DNA of 61,805 bases from Minisyncoccia bacterium. GTDB lineage: Bacteria; Patescibacteriota; Minisyncoccia; Phycocordibacterales; UBA9973. The notes beneath the pieces were generated by a model. It worked only from the letters and a program-made list of their open reading frames with translations, made no database searches and was not told the origin of the DNA. Below, piece after piece: positions 1 to 9,139 of the stretch; within the stretch, counting starts at the first letter, position 1, and each line of letters starts with the position of its first letter. The position numbers and the translations under genes were made by a program. The stretch covers positions 86,388-148,192 of the forward strand of contig JBMOIO010000001.1 of NCBI GenBank assembly GCA_049317285.1. The letters run 5' to 3'.

Positions 1-513
1 GACCAGTGCCATACCGAGCCATAGCCCTGCTACGACCATAGCAGATCCGAAGTCTGGCTGAAGCATAATCAACCCAATTGGAAGTGCTGCGTAGAGTGCA
101 GAAATAAGTAGGTGCTTGATGCGCGCTATTTCTACGTGCCTGCGAGAAAAATACTTTGCAAGAATAGCAATCACTAAAAGCTTTACCAAATCGGTCGGTT
201 GAAAAGACACCCCACCAAAATCAAACCAGCTGGTTGAACCCTTCACAGTCTTCCCTACCAAAAGGACCAAGACGAGGAGGCTCAACGCAACACCATAAAA
301 AATCGTGATATAGCGGGAGTCGCGCAGAAAGCGCACATCCATTTTTGCGATTACAAACATAATCCCTATTGCAACCAAGAGCCATATCAATTGCCGAACA
401 AAGAGTCCACTATTCCCTTCGAATGAAGTCATTGTGGCAAGCCCACCGAGCGCAATCGGAAGAATTGCAGCAACCAGTATCCAGTCGAACCCACTGGTCA
501 ATTTCCCCATCAT
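1..513 (-). CDS. SEDS-family cell-wall polymerase (RodA/FtsW-like), N-terminal 171 codons; remainder lies beyond the window edge
   Basis: Not in the ORF track because it runs off the window. Hand translation from ATGATG at 513 gives MMGKLTSGFDWILVAAILPIALGGLATMTSF...IMLQPDFGSAMVVAGLWLGMALV. It is multi-TM with a QPDFG motif as in FtsW/RodA. The start overlaps the upstream stop (ATGA). Confidence 0.8.
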   Translation of the reverse strand, partial: MMGKLTSGFDWILVAAILPIALGGLATMTSFEGNSGLFVRQLIWLLVAIGIMFVIAKMDVRFLRDSRYITIFYGVALSLLVLVLLVGKTVKGSTSWFDFGGVSFQPTDLVKLLVIAILAKYFSRRHVEIARIKHLLISALYAALPIGLIMLQPDFGSAMVVAGLWLGMALV

Positions 514-1289
514 AGCGTCTGTGCAGTAAATGGATTAAAGCGCACCACGATTTCAGTGCGAAGCACTTCTGTCGGCAAAGCAAAGGGCCAAGTGAAGTTT
601 ACCGTTTGGGTGGTAAGTGCGGGAATCTTTGGCACCAATACTTTTGAAGCGGTAATCACATTATCTTCTTTGTCGTAGAGAATCGCGACAACATCAACGT
701 TTGAAAAATGATACCGGGCAGTGTTCTCTAGGGTTGCAATTAGTCGCGTACCGGTCTCTGACGGCTCAAGCAGTGTGCGGTCAGTCTTTACTACAACTTG
801 CGAATACGCGCTCGGAATTTTTTCCCACACAATCGGCTCTGTAAAAGTAAGCGTCGTTCGCGCAACAGCGACGTTTCCGGTCGGAATCAATGTTTCCACT
901 ATTGCCGTACGCCCCAAGGGACCAAGAAATGTTTTGCCCGATCGTTCAATAATAAGCGTATTTTTCTCGTCATAGAGCTTAAACGTATATCCAACTATCT
1001 GCGCTCCTGCAGTTGGGTTGTTGTGCTCAATATACGCTACAGACTGAGCGACAGTGGGTGTTATCTGGAATGTTCGCACCCAGCGAATCTTTGGGTTTGA
1101 GAGCTCATTGGGACAATACTGTAGACATGATCCTCCGCAGTCCACCCCCACTTCGTCCCCATTTTTTCGCAAATCATAACAAGTTGGCACTACAGAGGTC
1201 AGCTGTCGAAACACTAAAAAGGCAATGCTTGCACACACTAAGAAGACGAGGGCTATATAGGTTAGTTTTCGGCGTTCTGCCCAATTCAC
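510..1289 (-). CDS. hypothetical membrane-anchored protein (N-terminal TM helix, Cys-rich segment, beta-rich ectodomain)
   Basis: 259-aa ORF translationally coupled to the RodA/FtsW-like gene (ATGA overlap). No family recognised. Confidence 0.6.
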   Translation of the reverse strand: MNWAERRKLTYIALVFLVCASIAFLVFRQLTSVVPTCYDLRKNGDEVGVDCGGSCLQYCPNELSNPKIRWVRTFQITPTVAQSVAYIEHNNPTAGAQIVGYTFKLYDEKNTLIIERSGKTFLGPLGRTAIVETLIPTGNVAVARTTLTFTEPIVWEKIPSAYSQVVVKTDRTLLEPSETGTRLIATLENTARYHFSNVDVVAILYDKEDNVITASKVLVPKIPALTTQTVNFTWPFALPTEVLRTEIVVRFNPFTAQTL

Positions 1290-1305
1290 CCCCCTATTCT
1301 ATAGT

Positions 1306-1333
1306 AAAAAGCCCACACTATGAAGTGTGAGCT
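1306..1333 (-). terminator. intrinsic terminator after the 1338-2090 gene
   Basis: Minus strand reads gctcacact-tcat-agtgtgggc followed by ttttt. Confidence 0.55.
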
Positions 1334-1337
1334 TTAA

Positions 1338-2090
1338 TTATTGGTTTGCGTTTGTTGGAACTGGTAAAAATTCCTTCACATTCAATTTCATAGAGTTGAA
1401 CATCCCCTTTAACATTGCTCCATTATTTGAAGCAAGCGCATCACTGATTGCTTGAAGCTCCTGTGACGTACATGACCCGTCAAACATAAGCTCCCTGATT
1501 CGATGCGCAAGCGCCCGTTTAATAGTCTTCACATCAGTGGTTAATGAAGGAATCATGTATAAAAAATCCGAAACAAATTTATAGTTACCGATTTTCTTAA
1601 GCATAGGCTGAATCTGGAATGGAAACGCTTCTTTTGCGTCCTCCTCTAAGAGTTGACCCATAGGAACAAACTTCCCGGAAACAGACCCAATATGCTTCAA
1701 TATTGGCATATCATAAATGCTGCACAATATATCATAGTGCCACCCGTGATAGTTCTGAATGCTTTTGATTACCTCGCGTGTACTTGGAGTACATTCTGTT
1801 TTTTCAAGAAACACTCGTATCTGAAACGCTGTGCGATACTTCCCTTTTTTTATACAGTAAGCAAGTTCTTTCATAGCAAAATCTCCATATGCCCCAATAA
1901 GTGCAATCAAAGACTTGTGACTTGAATGGTGTAGTTCAGAAATAAGATTTTTGAAATAACACCCAAATAATTCCAAATCACCCGGATTAGTAAATTCATG
2001 TTGTTCCAAAAATACTGTGTAGGTAGGAATTCGTCGTTCGAATTTCCCTCTGGGGAAAAGGAGTGAATCAATTGTAAGGTCCTCTTTCAT
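1338..2090 (-). CDS. hypothetical protein, A+T-rich orphan (the maximal ORF extends to a TTG at 2156)
   Basis: ORF track 1338..2156. I checked that its first codon is TTG, so the ATG at 2090 (MKEDLTIDSLLF...) is the more likely start. It has its own terminator and no recognisable domain. Confidence 0.55.
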   Translation of the reverse strand: MKEDLTIDSLLFPRGKFERRIPTYTVFLEQHEFTNPGDLELFGCYFKNLISELHHSSHKSLIALIGAYGDFAMKELAYCIKKGKYRTAFQIRVFLEKTECTPSTREVIKSIQNYHGWHYDILCSIYDMPILKHIGSVSGKFVPMGQLLEEDAKEAFPFQIQPMLKKIGNYKFVSDFLYMIPSLTTDVKTIKRALAHRIRELMFDGSCTSQELQAISDALASNNGAMLKGMFNSMKLNVKEFLPVPTNANQ

Positions 2091-2181
2091 GATCAGTTCG
2101 TTTTTTAAAACACTACTCCTAAAAACAGTGTTCGTCAATACACCCTTGTAATACAAGGCTCTATTTCAATTCCACGAATAC

Positions 2182-2208
2182 AAAAAACACTCTTGCGAGT
2201 GTTTTTTG
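2182..2208 (-). terminator. intrinsic terminator at the end of the 23S-5S operon
   Basis: Minus strand reads aacactc-gcaa-gagtgtt followed by a T-run, about 25 nt after the 5S 3' end. Confidence 0.6.
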
Positions 2209-2232
2209 TATGTTTCATTTATTCAAATCCAC

Positions 2233-2346
2233 AGTCCTGGCAGCTACCTACTTTCCCCACAAAAGTGAGTATCATCGGTTCTACAGGTCTTAACTTCTCT
2301 GGTCGGAATGGGAAGAGGTGTGACCCCTGCGACAAACCACCAAGAC
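2233..2346 (-). rRNA. rrf: 5S ribosomal RNA
   Basis: The reverse complement reads gtcttggtggtttgtcgcaggggtcacacctcttcccattccgaccagagaagttaagacctgtagaaccgatgatactcacttttgtggggaaagtaggtagctgccaggact, which has typical 5S helices and loop motifs. Confidence 0.9.
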
Positions 2347-2546
2347 AGTGGATTCGAACAAATTATTTTTTATGTTTTTTCTGACCCCGCATAGCGCTTT
2401 CGCGCGACGTGGGGATGATTTCCAGATTTCCTAATAGGAATCGGGCAATTAGTACACCTCAGCTCAACATATTACTACGCTTCCACTTAGTGCCTATCAA
2501 CGTGATCATCTCTCACGGCCCTCAAACGATATCTAATCTTGGAACT

Positions 2547-2579
<33 letters not shown>

Positions 2580-2721
2580 ATTCCGAACATAGCTACCGGG
2601 CGGTCCAGCTGGCGCTAGAGCCCGTACACCAGAGGTTCGTTCACTCCGGTCCTCTCGTACTAGGAGCGAATTTCCTCAAATATCAACGCCTGCAGTAGAT
2701 AGGAGACCAACCTGTCTTACG

Positions 2722-3133
2722 CTTCTTTTCACTCATTACTGAGCGGAACGGACTATATCTTGTACTCTTGCGAGCACCTCAACGTGTAGTCTCTACGGGT
2801 CCCCACTTCGTTCTTACGAACTTCGCGGGGTTCCCTCGGTGTTGTCCTCTCTTGCGAGTGGGGATTTCACCGATATTAGTTGAGCATGTCATTCAATGTC
2901 ACCATTGAAGACCGCCGTAATAAGATGGTTCTCACTTTTCCCACTTCGCGCTCACGCTCCGCGGGATATATCTTTTATATACAAGTGAAATTGCAGGATC
3001 ACTTGTATACATTTTAAACGAAAAGACTAAAACAGAATTATTCTGCTGATCATTTTATTGTAAAAAATGAACAAAAATTTCCTCGGGATTCAGACGGGTC
3101 GAGCAATCACAAGATAAATCTTATAATTACTCG
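2722..3133 (-). mobile_element. group I intron-like insertion in 23S rRNA at E. coli position about 2593 (the I-CreI-type site), with no ORF
   Basis: The conserved exon sequence gggttcagaccgt | ... | cgtaagacaggttgg (E. coli GGGUUUAGAACGU|CGUGAGACAG) is interrupted by about 412 nt. The upstream exon ends in U and the insert ends in G, as expected for group I splicing. Confidence 0.7.
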
Positions 3134-3160
3134 ACGGTCTGAACCCAGCTCGCGTACCTT

Positions 3161-3193
<33 letters not shown>

Positions 3194-3446
3194 TCTCCAG
3201 CCCCGGGATAAGGTGAGCCGACATCGAGGTGCCGAACTCCGCCGTCGATATGAACTCTTAGGCGGAACTAGCCTGTTATCCCCGGAGTAGCTTCTATCCG
3301 TTAATCTTCAACCGCATCTAATGCGAATTGTCGGTTCACTATGTTCTGCTTTCGCACCTGCTCGGGATGGCCCCCTTACAGTCAAGCCAGCTTATGCCAT
3401 TGCACTATCGGCACGGTTTCCATTCGCGCCTAGCTGACCTTTGAAC

Positions 3447-3487
<41 letters not shown>

Positions 3488-3794
3488 ACCAATCAGGCAC
3501 TGTCCAACGGCGTTTTTTCCGCTGTTGTTAGAGTATGCCCATGTAAAAAGAAGTATTTCACTGACGACTCCACGCGGACCGAAATCGGCGCTTCAAAGTC
3601 TCCTTCCTATGCTACGTATTACACAAACATACCCAATACCAAACTATAGTAAAGCTTCCGGGGTCTTTTCGTCTAACTGCAGGTAACCGGCATCTTCACC
3701 GGTATTGTATTTTCACCGAGCTGGTCCCCGAGACAGTTCTCCAGTCATTACACCATTCGTGCGCGTCGGAACTTACCCGACAAGGAATTTCGCT

Positions 3795-4005
3795 CAACTA
3801 TTCCTCTCAGTTGGACTCTCTCTTTACCCTCCTCTTTCGAAGTTCGGGTCTGTGACGTTGGTCTCTCGTTAATCACAATGGACTATTTCTTCATTACGGA
3901 AGAATAGGTAGCTTGAAATGTAAATGATTATTGTATTTAATTGTTTATCGTTTTCTATAGACGGTCCTAGTCCGTTCTAGGCTCTTCAATAAAGAAAAGC
4001 CCAGA
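3795..4005 (-). mobile_element. small group I intron-like insertion in 23S rRNA at E. coli position about 1931, with no ORF
   Basis: The exon sequence acggtcctaaggt | ... | agcgaaattccttgtcgggtaagttcc (E. coli GGUCCUAAGGU|AGCGAAAUUCC) is interrupted by 211 nt. The upstream exon ends in U and the insert ends in G. Confidence 0.6.
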
Positions 4006-4040
<35 letters not shown>

Positions 4041-4785
4041 CAGGGCTTGTACAGGTCAGCTTGATATAATCGCACCACCCGTAATTAACCTTCTGGCATT
4101 GGTCAGGTGTCACCCCCTATACATACTCTTACGAGTTCGCAGGGAGCTGTGTTTTTGATAAACAGTTGCCAGGAAATCTTTCGCTGCGCCCCCCATAATG
4201 GTGAATTCAACATATAAATACATTAAATCCACCATTATGGGGGGAAGCCTTATTCCGAAGTTACGGCTGCTTGTTTGCCGAGTTCCTTGGGGATCTCTCA
4301 CTCGTTCGCCTTGGTCTACTCGACCTAACTACCTGTGTCGGTTTACGGTACGGGTTCTATAATACTAATCTTAGAAGCTTTTCTCGGAAGCATGCTCACG
4401 TGACTTACCGCTGGCGTACCAGCTATCGGGTCGTACCTGTTAGTTCAGCATTAAAGCTAGGGGCACGGATTTACCTGCGCCCCACCTTCGATACGCCCAC
4501 CACAATCCAATAAGTGGCTCACGCTACTATCCTTCGTCACTCCATCGAATATTACAGAAGTGTAGGAATATTAACCTACTGTCCATCGGCTGCGGCTTTC
4601 GCCATTACCTTAGGACCCGACTAACCCTGGGATGATCGTCATTGCCCAGGAAACCTTAGTTTTTCGGCGGGAAGGGATCTCACCTTCCTTGCGGTTACTT
4701 GTGCCAACATTCTTACTTCCACACGCTCCACCATGGCTCACGCCTTTGGCTTCACAGCAAGAGTGGAATACTCTCCTACCGCTCC

Positions 4786-5005
4786 CGAACTTCATAAAAG
4801 AAGGAATTACTCGTTTCTTTGTTTGGTCGTGAGATGGGTACTTCAAATAATAAAGAAATTTTGTCTAGGTCGTTCTTCTTAAGAGAGAACTTTTCCTACT
4901 AAAGATGAATCAGTGGGTTAAAAGGCCACTGTTCCTGCTTTGATTTCAATATATTATCCGTACCCGCTCCCACTAAAGAAACTTTCGCTTCCTTTATGAA
5001 GTTCG
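4786..5005 (-). other. IVS-like expansion of 23S helix 45 (about 220 nt where E. coli has about 22 nt)
   Basis: It lies between the conserved blocks ...ggaatactctcctaccgctcc and cgagccctcaaattcggtac... The ends form a long stem (cgaacttcataaaagaagg / gcttcctttatgaagttcg). Confidence 0.6.
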
Positions 5006-5086
5006 CGAGCCCTCAAATTCGGTACTACACTTAGCCCCGATTATCTGCGGCGCGAGATCTCTTGATGAGTGAGCTGTTACGCTTTC

Positions 5087-5118
<32 letters not shown>

Positions 5119-5692
5119 TCATTGTCTGAGAAATCTTACCTCCTTAAGACGCACTTAGTGTAAATTTAGGGACCTTATTTAGAGATCTGGGCTGTTTCCC
5201 TTTTGACTGACGGAGCTTAGCCCCCGTAGTCTAACTGCATCGTTTTTAATCCTTGGTATTCGGAGTTTGATAGGCGTCGCGAGATTGCTCCCTGTCGAAA
5301 CCTTCCAGTGCTCTACCCCCAAGGGGAACACGATACGCTAACCCTAAAGCTATTTCGGAGAGAACCAGCTATTACCAGGTTCGATTAGCTTTTCACTCCA
5401 ACCCACAAGTCATCCGAAAGCGTTGTACGACTTACCGGTTCGGACCTCCATGCGCATCTCTGCGCACTTCATCCTGCTCATGGGTAGCTCACCTGGCTTC
5501 GGGTCTCATAAGTACGACCAATTACGCGCTATTAACACTTGGTTTCCCTCTGGCTCCGGAACTTTATTCCTTAGCCGAGCCGCACTTATGAACTCGTTGG
5601 CTCATTCTTCAATAGGCACGCCGTGACGGATATAAATACCCGCTCCGACTCCTTGTAAGCATATGGTTTCAGTACTATTTCACTCCCCTCTC

Positions 5693-5737
<45 letters not shown>

Positions 5738-6577
5738 TTCTACAATGTATTTAGCCTTACCGGTTAGTTCCGGCAGATTCCTCCAAGCTATTCGTGTCTT
5801 GAAGTACTCAGGAGTAGAAACAAAAGAGGTATCTGTATTTCGAATACGGGGCTATCACCCGCTATGACGTTGGTTTCCAACAACTTCTTCTATACAAACA
5901 CTTTGTAACTCTTCTCGTAAAACGACGTTTCTATCCTACAACCCCGGTTTCCGAAGAAACCGGTTTGGGCTCCTCCCTTTTCGCTCGCCGCTACTTGGGG
6001 AATATCGCAGCTACGCTGCATTGTTTTCTTTTCCTCCCGGTACTGAGATGTTTCACTTCCCGGGGTGCGCTCCGACAACTCTTATGGTCGTCAGTAATAG
6101 AGGTTTACTCTATTGGGTTTCCCCATTCAGAAATCTCCGGGTCAAAGGTTAGAGGCACCTCACCGAAGCGTATCGCCGCCACTCGCGTCTTTCATCGCCA
6201 TGTAGAACCTAGGCATCCACCATATGCTCTTATTTCCTATTAGGAAATCTAGAAATCATGTTCCTCTCAATTCATAACAATTGAGAGGTTATTTTAACGT
6301 CCGTTGTCCTTCGACCGCTCGAGGGACATTTTCTATTGGACGGCTCTGTCTCTCCCTACCTGCAGCAGCACCGCTTCCTACCTTATCAGTTGGGAAGTGG
6401 TGCTCTTCTCTTACTCAGAGAAATGCCACGGGAGGACAGGATTGTTTTTATCAAATAACGCTCCATTTGATTCTCACAGAAAAGCCGCCGATTTCTCGGC
6501 GGCCCAAGCGACAAATTGTCAGGGCTATGCCGAGAAATATGTTGCTGTTGTTTCTGCAATACTCATTTGGTCCGGCT

Positions 6578-6606
6578 AGTATAGACGAGTGCGCTTTGGA
6601 TGTCAA
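6578..6606 (-). promoter_or_regulatory. sigma70-type promoter of the 23S-5S operon
   Basis: Minus strand reads TTGACA-17 nt-TATACT (gggTTGACAtccaaagcgcactcgtcTATACTagcc), about 320 nt upstream of the 23S 5' end. Confidence 0.65.
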
Positions 6607-6623
6607 CCCTTATGCCATAAAGC

Positions 6624-6651
6624 AAAAAACGACCTCTGAGGGTCGTTTTTT
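6624..6651 (-). terminator. intrinsic (bidirectional-looking) terminator after the 6683-7387 gene
   Basis: aaaaaacgacc-tctgag-ggtcgtttttt. Confidence 0.65.
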
Positions 6652-6682
6652 GCAAGACTTTTTAGGGTCTGTTTAGGGAGTA

Positions 6683-7387
6683 CTAGGAGCGGTTTTGGTT
6701 ACCGTGATTTGCAGAAAAGTCATCTGCCATACGTCCAACAAAGCGTCCTGCAGCCTCCTTTCCACCAAGACCGAATGCGAGGCCCATAGCGATAGCCACC
6801 ATCAAGACGATTCCGGTAAAGAGGATCTGTCCAAAGTATCCGAAGATACCGAGCTTGTCGAGCGCAGTAACAAGAGTAAGAATCCAGATTGCATAGTAGG
6901 CAACTGTTCCGATCATGCGCGCAGAGCGAACGTTTGCCATTGCAGCACCGCCAACGATGAGCTTGCGGGTAAAGTCAGCAAGAAGGGTACCAGCAACAAG
7001 GATAAGTACTGCGATGATCACCTGTGGGATGTAAGCAACAATCTGCTGAAGGAAGATTGATACCTGATCAAGTCCAAGAAGGTTGATAGATGCAGTAAAG
7101 AATCCGAGGATAATCAGCCACTTCACGAGCCATCCGATGATACCTCCGATATGGAGCTTCCATCCAGCGCGTGCGAGCACCTGTTCGGTCCCTGCGTTCT
7201 TAAAGAGCTTATCGAGCTTGAGTGCATCAATAGCACTAGTCACAAGCGCGCCGAGCGTTGAAGCAACGATCCAGCCAATGATAAAGATTACGATCGCAAG
7301 AAGAATGCGTGGGAATGTTGCGATAAAGCCGTACCAAAGCCCCTGTAATGACAAGAGGAAGACTTGGCTCCATGTTTGAATAAGCAT
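6683..7387 (-). CDS. conserved TM-helix-repeat membrane protein (mechanosensitive-channel-related N-terminal type)
   Basis: 234 aa with repeated hydrophobic helices and a short polar tail. It resembles the 'conserved TM helix' repeat family. The functional call is tentative. Confidence 0.6.
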   Translation of the reverse strand: MLIQTWSQVFLLSLQGLWYGFIATFPRILLAIVIFIIGWIVASTLGALVTSAIDALKLDKLFKNAGTEQVLARAGWKLHIGGIIGWLVKWLIILGFFTASINLLGLDQVSIFLQQIVAYIPQVIIAVLILVAGTLLADFTRKLIVGGAAMANVRSARMIGTVAYYAIWILTLVTALDKLGIFGYFGQILFTGIVLMVAIAMGLAFGLGGKEAAGRFVGRMADDFSANHGNQNRS

Positions 7388-7480
7388 AGTGTTTTTTCTG
7401 CACCGAAGTGCGTGAGTATAAAAGTTACTGGTAAGTACTGGAGGTGTTCCCTACAGTACTCCAAGTATACCCCCAAAATA

Positions 7481-8110
7481 CTAGTTTGGTAAGGCAAGTG
7501 TGGAGAACTCTTTCCCGATCACGAGCTTCTCGTGAGAGTAGTCAAAGACGTCACGAAGCAATTTGTCGTACATTGCCATTCGGTATTTAAAGTCAGCGGT
7601 GTCGAATACCGCATAGCGAAGTTCTTTACCGAGCTCGCTTTCAAGGACAGAGATGGTTTTTTGGAGGAAGTTCTTGCGGAGATTGTCTCCAACAATAAGG
7701 AGGTCGAGTTTTGTTTCAGAGTCTTGAATAAAAATACCTGAGACAACAAGGAGTTGTACTCGACCCACTGGCTTAAAGCGCTTTGCAAGCTCTGAGTGCT
7801 TGAAGAACTCGCCTTCAACCAACAATTGCTTGAGCTCTGCAATATACGGAAAGTCCGCGTTTAATATCCAGCCCGCGATGCGCTTTTTCGTGATCTTGCC
7901 TCGACGGTCTTCGAACTCCTGAATAAAGGACTTCTTTTGGATAAATGACATACCTAAAAGACCGGTCACCGCCTTTCGGGCAATAGCTCGCTGCAAGCGT
8001 GAGCGCTCGACAATGTCGTCAATACTAAACGGCTCGTCCGCGTTCAGCAAAAAGAGTCGCATGATTTTCACGCGCGGAATACCGCCCAATAACTTTCCTA
8101 AAATATCCAT
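7481..8110 (-). CDS. winged-helix plus minimal nucleotidyltransferase-like protein
   Basis: 209 aa. The N-terminus looks like an ArsR-type wHTH (PRVKIMRLFLLNADEPFSIDDIVERS). The C-terminus has an hG[GS]...DxD-like pattern (VVSGIFIQDSETKLDLLIVGD). Confidence 0.6.
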   Translation of the reverse strand: MDILGKLLGGIPRVKIMRLFLLNADEPFSIDDIVERSRLQRAIARKAVTGLLGMSFIQKKSFIQEFEDRRGKITKKRIAGWILNADFPYIAELKQLLVEGEFFKHSELAKRFKPVGRVQLLVVSGIFIQDSETKLDLLIVGDNLRKNFLQKTISVLESELGKELRYAVFDTADFKYRMAMYDKLLRDVFDYSHEKLVIGKEFSTLALPN

Positions 8111-8200
8111 TTTCGTAAAACTCCACCTCTCTTTAAAAGTGTACCTAAAGTATATCCCTCTGCCTCCCTTGCATACAAGCCCATTTTGGGGTGTAAAAAG

Positions 8201-8226
8201 AAAAAAAACCCGCCGTTAGCGGGGTT
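8201..8226 (-). terminator. intrinsic terminator after the 8242-8544 gene
   Basis: Minus strand reads gaaccccgc-taac-ggcgggtttttttt. Confidence 0.65.
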
Positions 8227-8241
8227 CCCTGTACCGATGCC

Positions 8242-8544
8242 TTAAGAAGGTGAGTTACACCTCGGATAAATAACCTGTTTAATGATCTTCCTTGCAGAAG
8301 AACATTCCTTTTGCGCATAAACAACCGAAGTCGCTGAAAGCGCGGTAATCTCATAGATGTTGTACACATCAAGCGTACTGTACAAAGAGACATTCACTGT
8401 AAGAAGTGTTTGGGTGATTGTACCGTGGTCGGTAGACATATCCCCTGTTTGCTGTTTCTTTGGGCGAGCATGAGCTAGACCTGTGAGACACTGTGTTACT
8501 ACAAGGAGGTTACTTATCATTAAAACAATGATAAGTTTTCTCAT
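8242..8544 (-). CDS. small secreted hypothetical protein (signal-peptide-like N-terminus)
   Basis: 100-aa ORF, MRKLIIVLMISNLLVVTQCLTGLAHA..., with its own terminator. Confidence 0.45.
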   Translation of the reverse strand: MRKLIIVLMISNLLVVTQCLTGLAHARPKKQQTGDMSTDHGTITQTLLTVNVSLYSTLDVYNIYEITALSATSVVYAQKECSSARKIIKQVIYPRCNSPS

Positions 8545-8597
8545 AACTGAAAGAACTAGAATTACAGAATATACTTTTTATAAAAATAGTCAACAAA

Positions 8598-8625
8598 ACA
8601 AAAATCCCCTTTCTGGGATTTTTGT
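8598..8625 (-). terminator. intrinsic terminator downstream of rplL
   Basis: Minus strand reads aaaaatccc-agaaag-gggatttttg. It lies about 115 nt after the rplL stop. Confidence 0.65.
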
Positions 8626-8740
8626 AAAAGTAAGAGTTCAATGGAACCACCTGGTCGGAACATTACTGCTCCACCTTTGGCCTGAATTTACTTGTGGGGT
8701 AAATTCATGCACCTCCGGTCCTGTAAATTAAAATAAATTA

Positions 8741-9103
8741 TTATTTTAATTCTACAGCACCTCCGGCCTCCTCAATGCTCTTCTTCAAAGCTTCTGCTTC
8801 TTCTTTCTTCACGCCATCTTTGATGGTTGAAGGTGCGCCGTCAACGAGATCCTTCGCTTCTTTAAGTCCGAGGCCAAGAGCTTCCTTAACGACTTTCATA
8901 ACAGCGATTTTCTGTTCGCCCGCGGAAGCGAGTACAACAGTGAAGGTGTCTTTTTCTTCAACTGCGCCCGCAGCTGCTGCTGGTGCCGCTGATACTGCTG
9001 CTGCAGATACACCGAATTTCTCTTCGATCGCTTTCACGAGGTCGTTGAGTTCTAGTACTGATGCTCCTTCGAGCTCAGTAAGAAATGAATCAAATTTTGC
9101 CAT
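8741..9103 (-). CDS. rplL: 50S ribosomal protein L7/L12
   Basis: 120 aa: [32 protein letters not shown]...AAPAAAAG...[39 protein letters not shown]. Confidence 0.97.
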   Translation of the reverse strand: MAKFDSFLTELEGASVLELNDLVKAIEEKFGVSAAAVSAAPAAAAGAVEEKDTFTVVLASAGEQKIAVMKVVKEALGLGLKEAKDLVDGAPSTIKDGVKKEEAEALKKSIEEAGGAVELK

Positions 9104-9139
9104 AATAAATTAAGTTAGATTAAGTAATGAGTACTAGGG

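Noticed and set aside
2340-2420. A tRNA in the 23S-5S spacer, suggested by ggattcgaac (T-loop-like) at 2349-2358.
   Set aside because: The surrounding sequence is A-rich with no acceptor, D or anticodon arms. No cloverleaf could be drawn here or in any other intergenic region of the window.
4193-4247. A 15-bp perfect hairpin (ccccccataatggtg...caccattatgggggg) in 23S, considered as a fourth insertion.
   Set aside because: It replaces a variable helix of similar length in E. coli 23S (between GCCGUAACUUCGG and GCAACUGUUUA), so it is ordinary helix variation rather than an insertion.
8630-8735. SRP (4.5S) RNA. UCAGGCC-AAAG-GUGGAGCAG initially resembled the helix 8 motif CAGGUCC-GGAA-GGAAGCAG. 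A similar first guess was made for 47031-47175.
   Set aside because: There is no GNAR tetraloop, the 5' and 3' flanks are not complementary, and a competing 8-bp hairpin uses the putative 5' strand. The 47 kb region is explained much better as a T-box leader. An Rfam RF00169 scan would settle the question.
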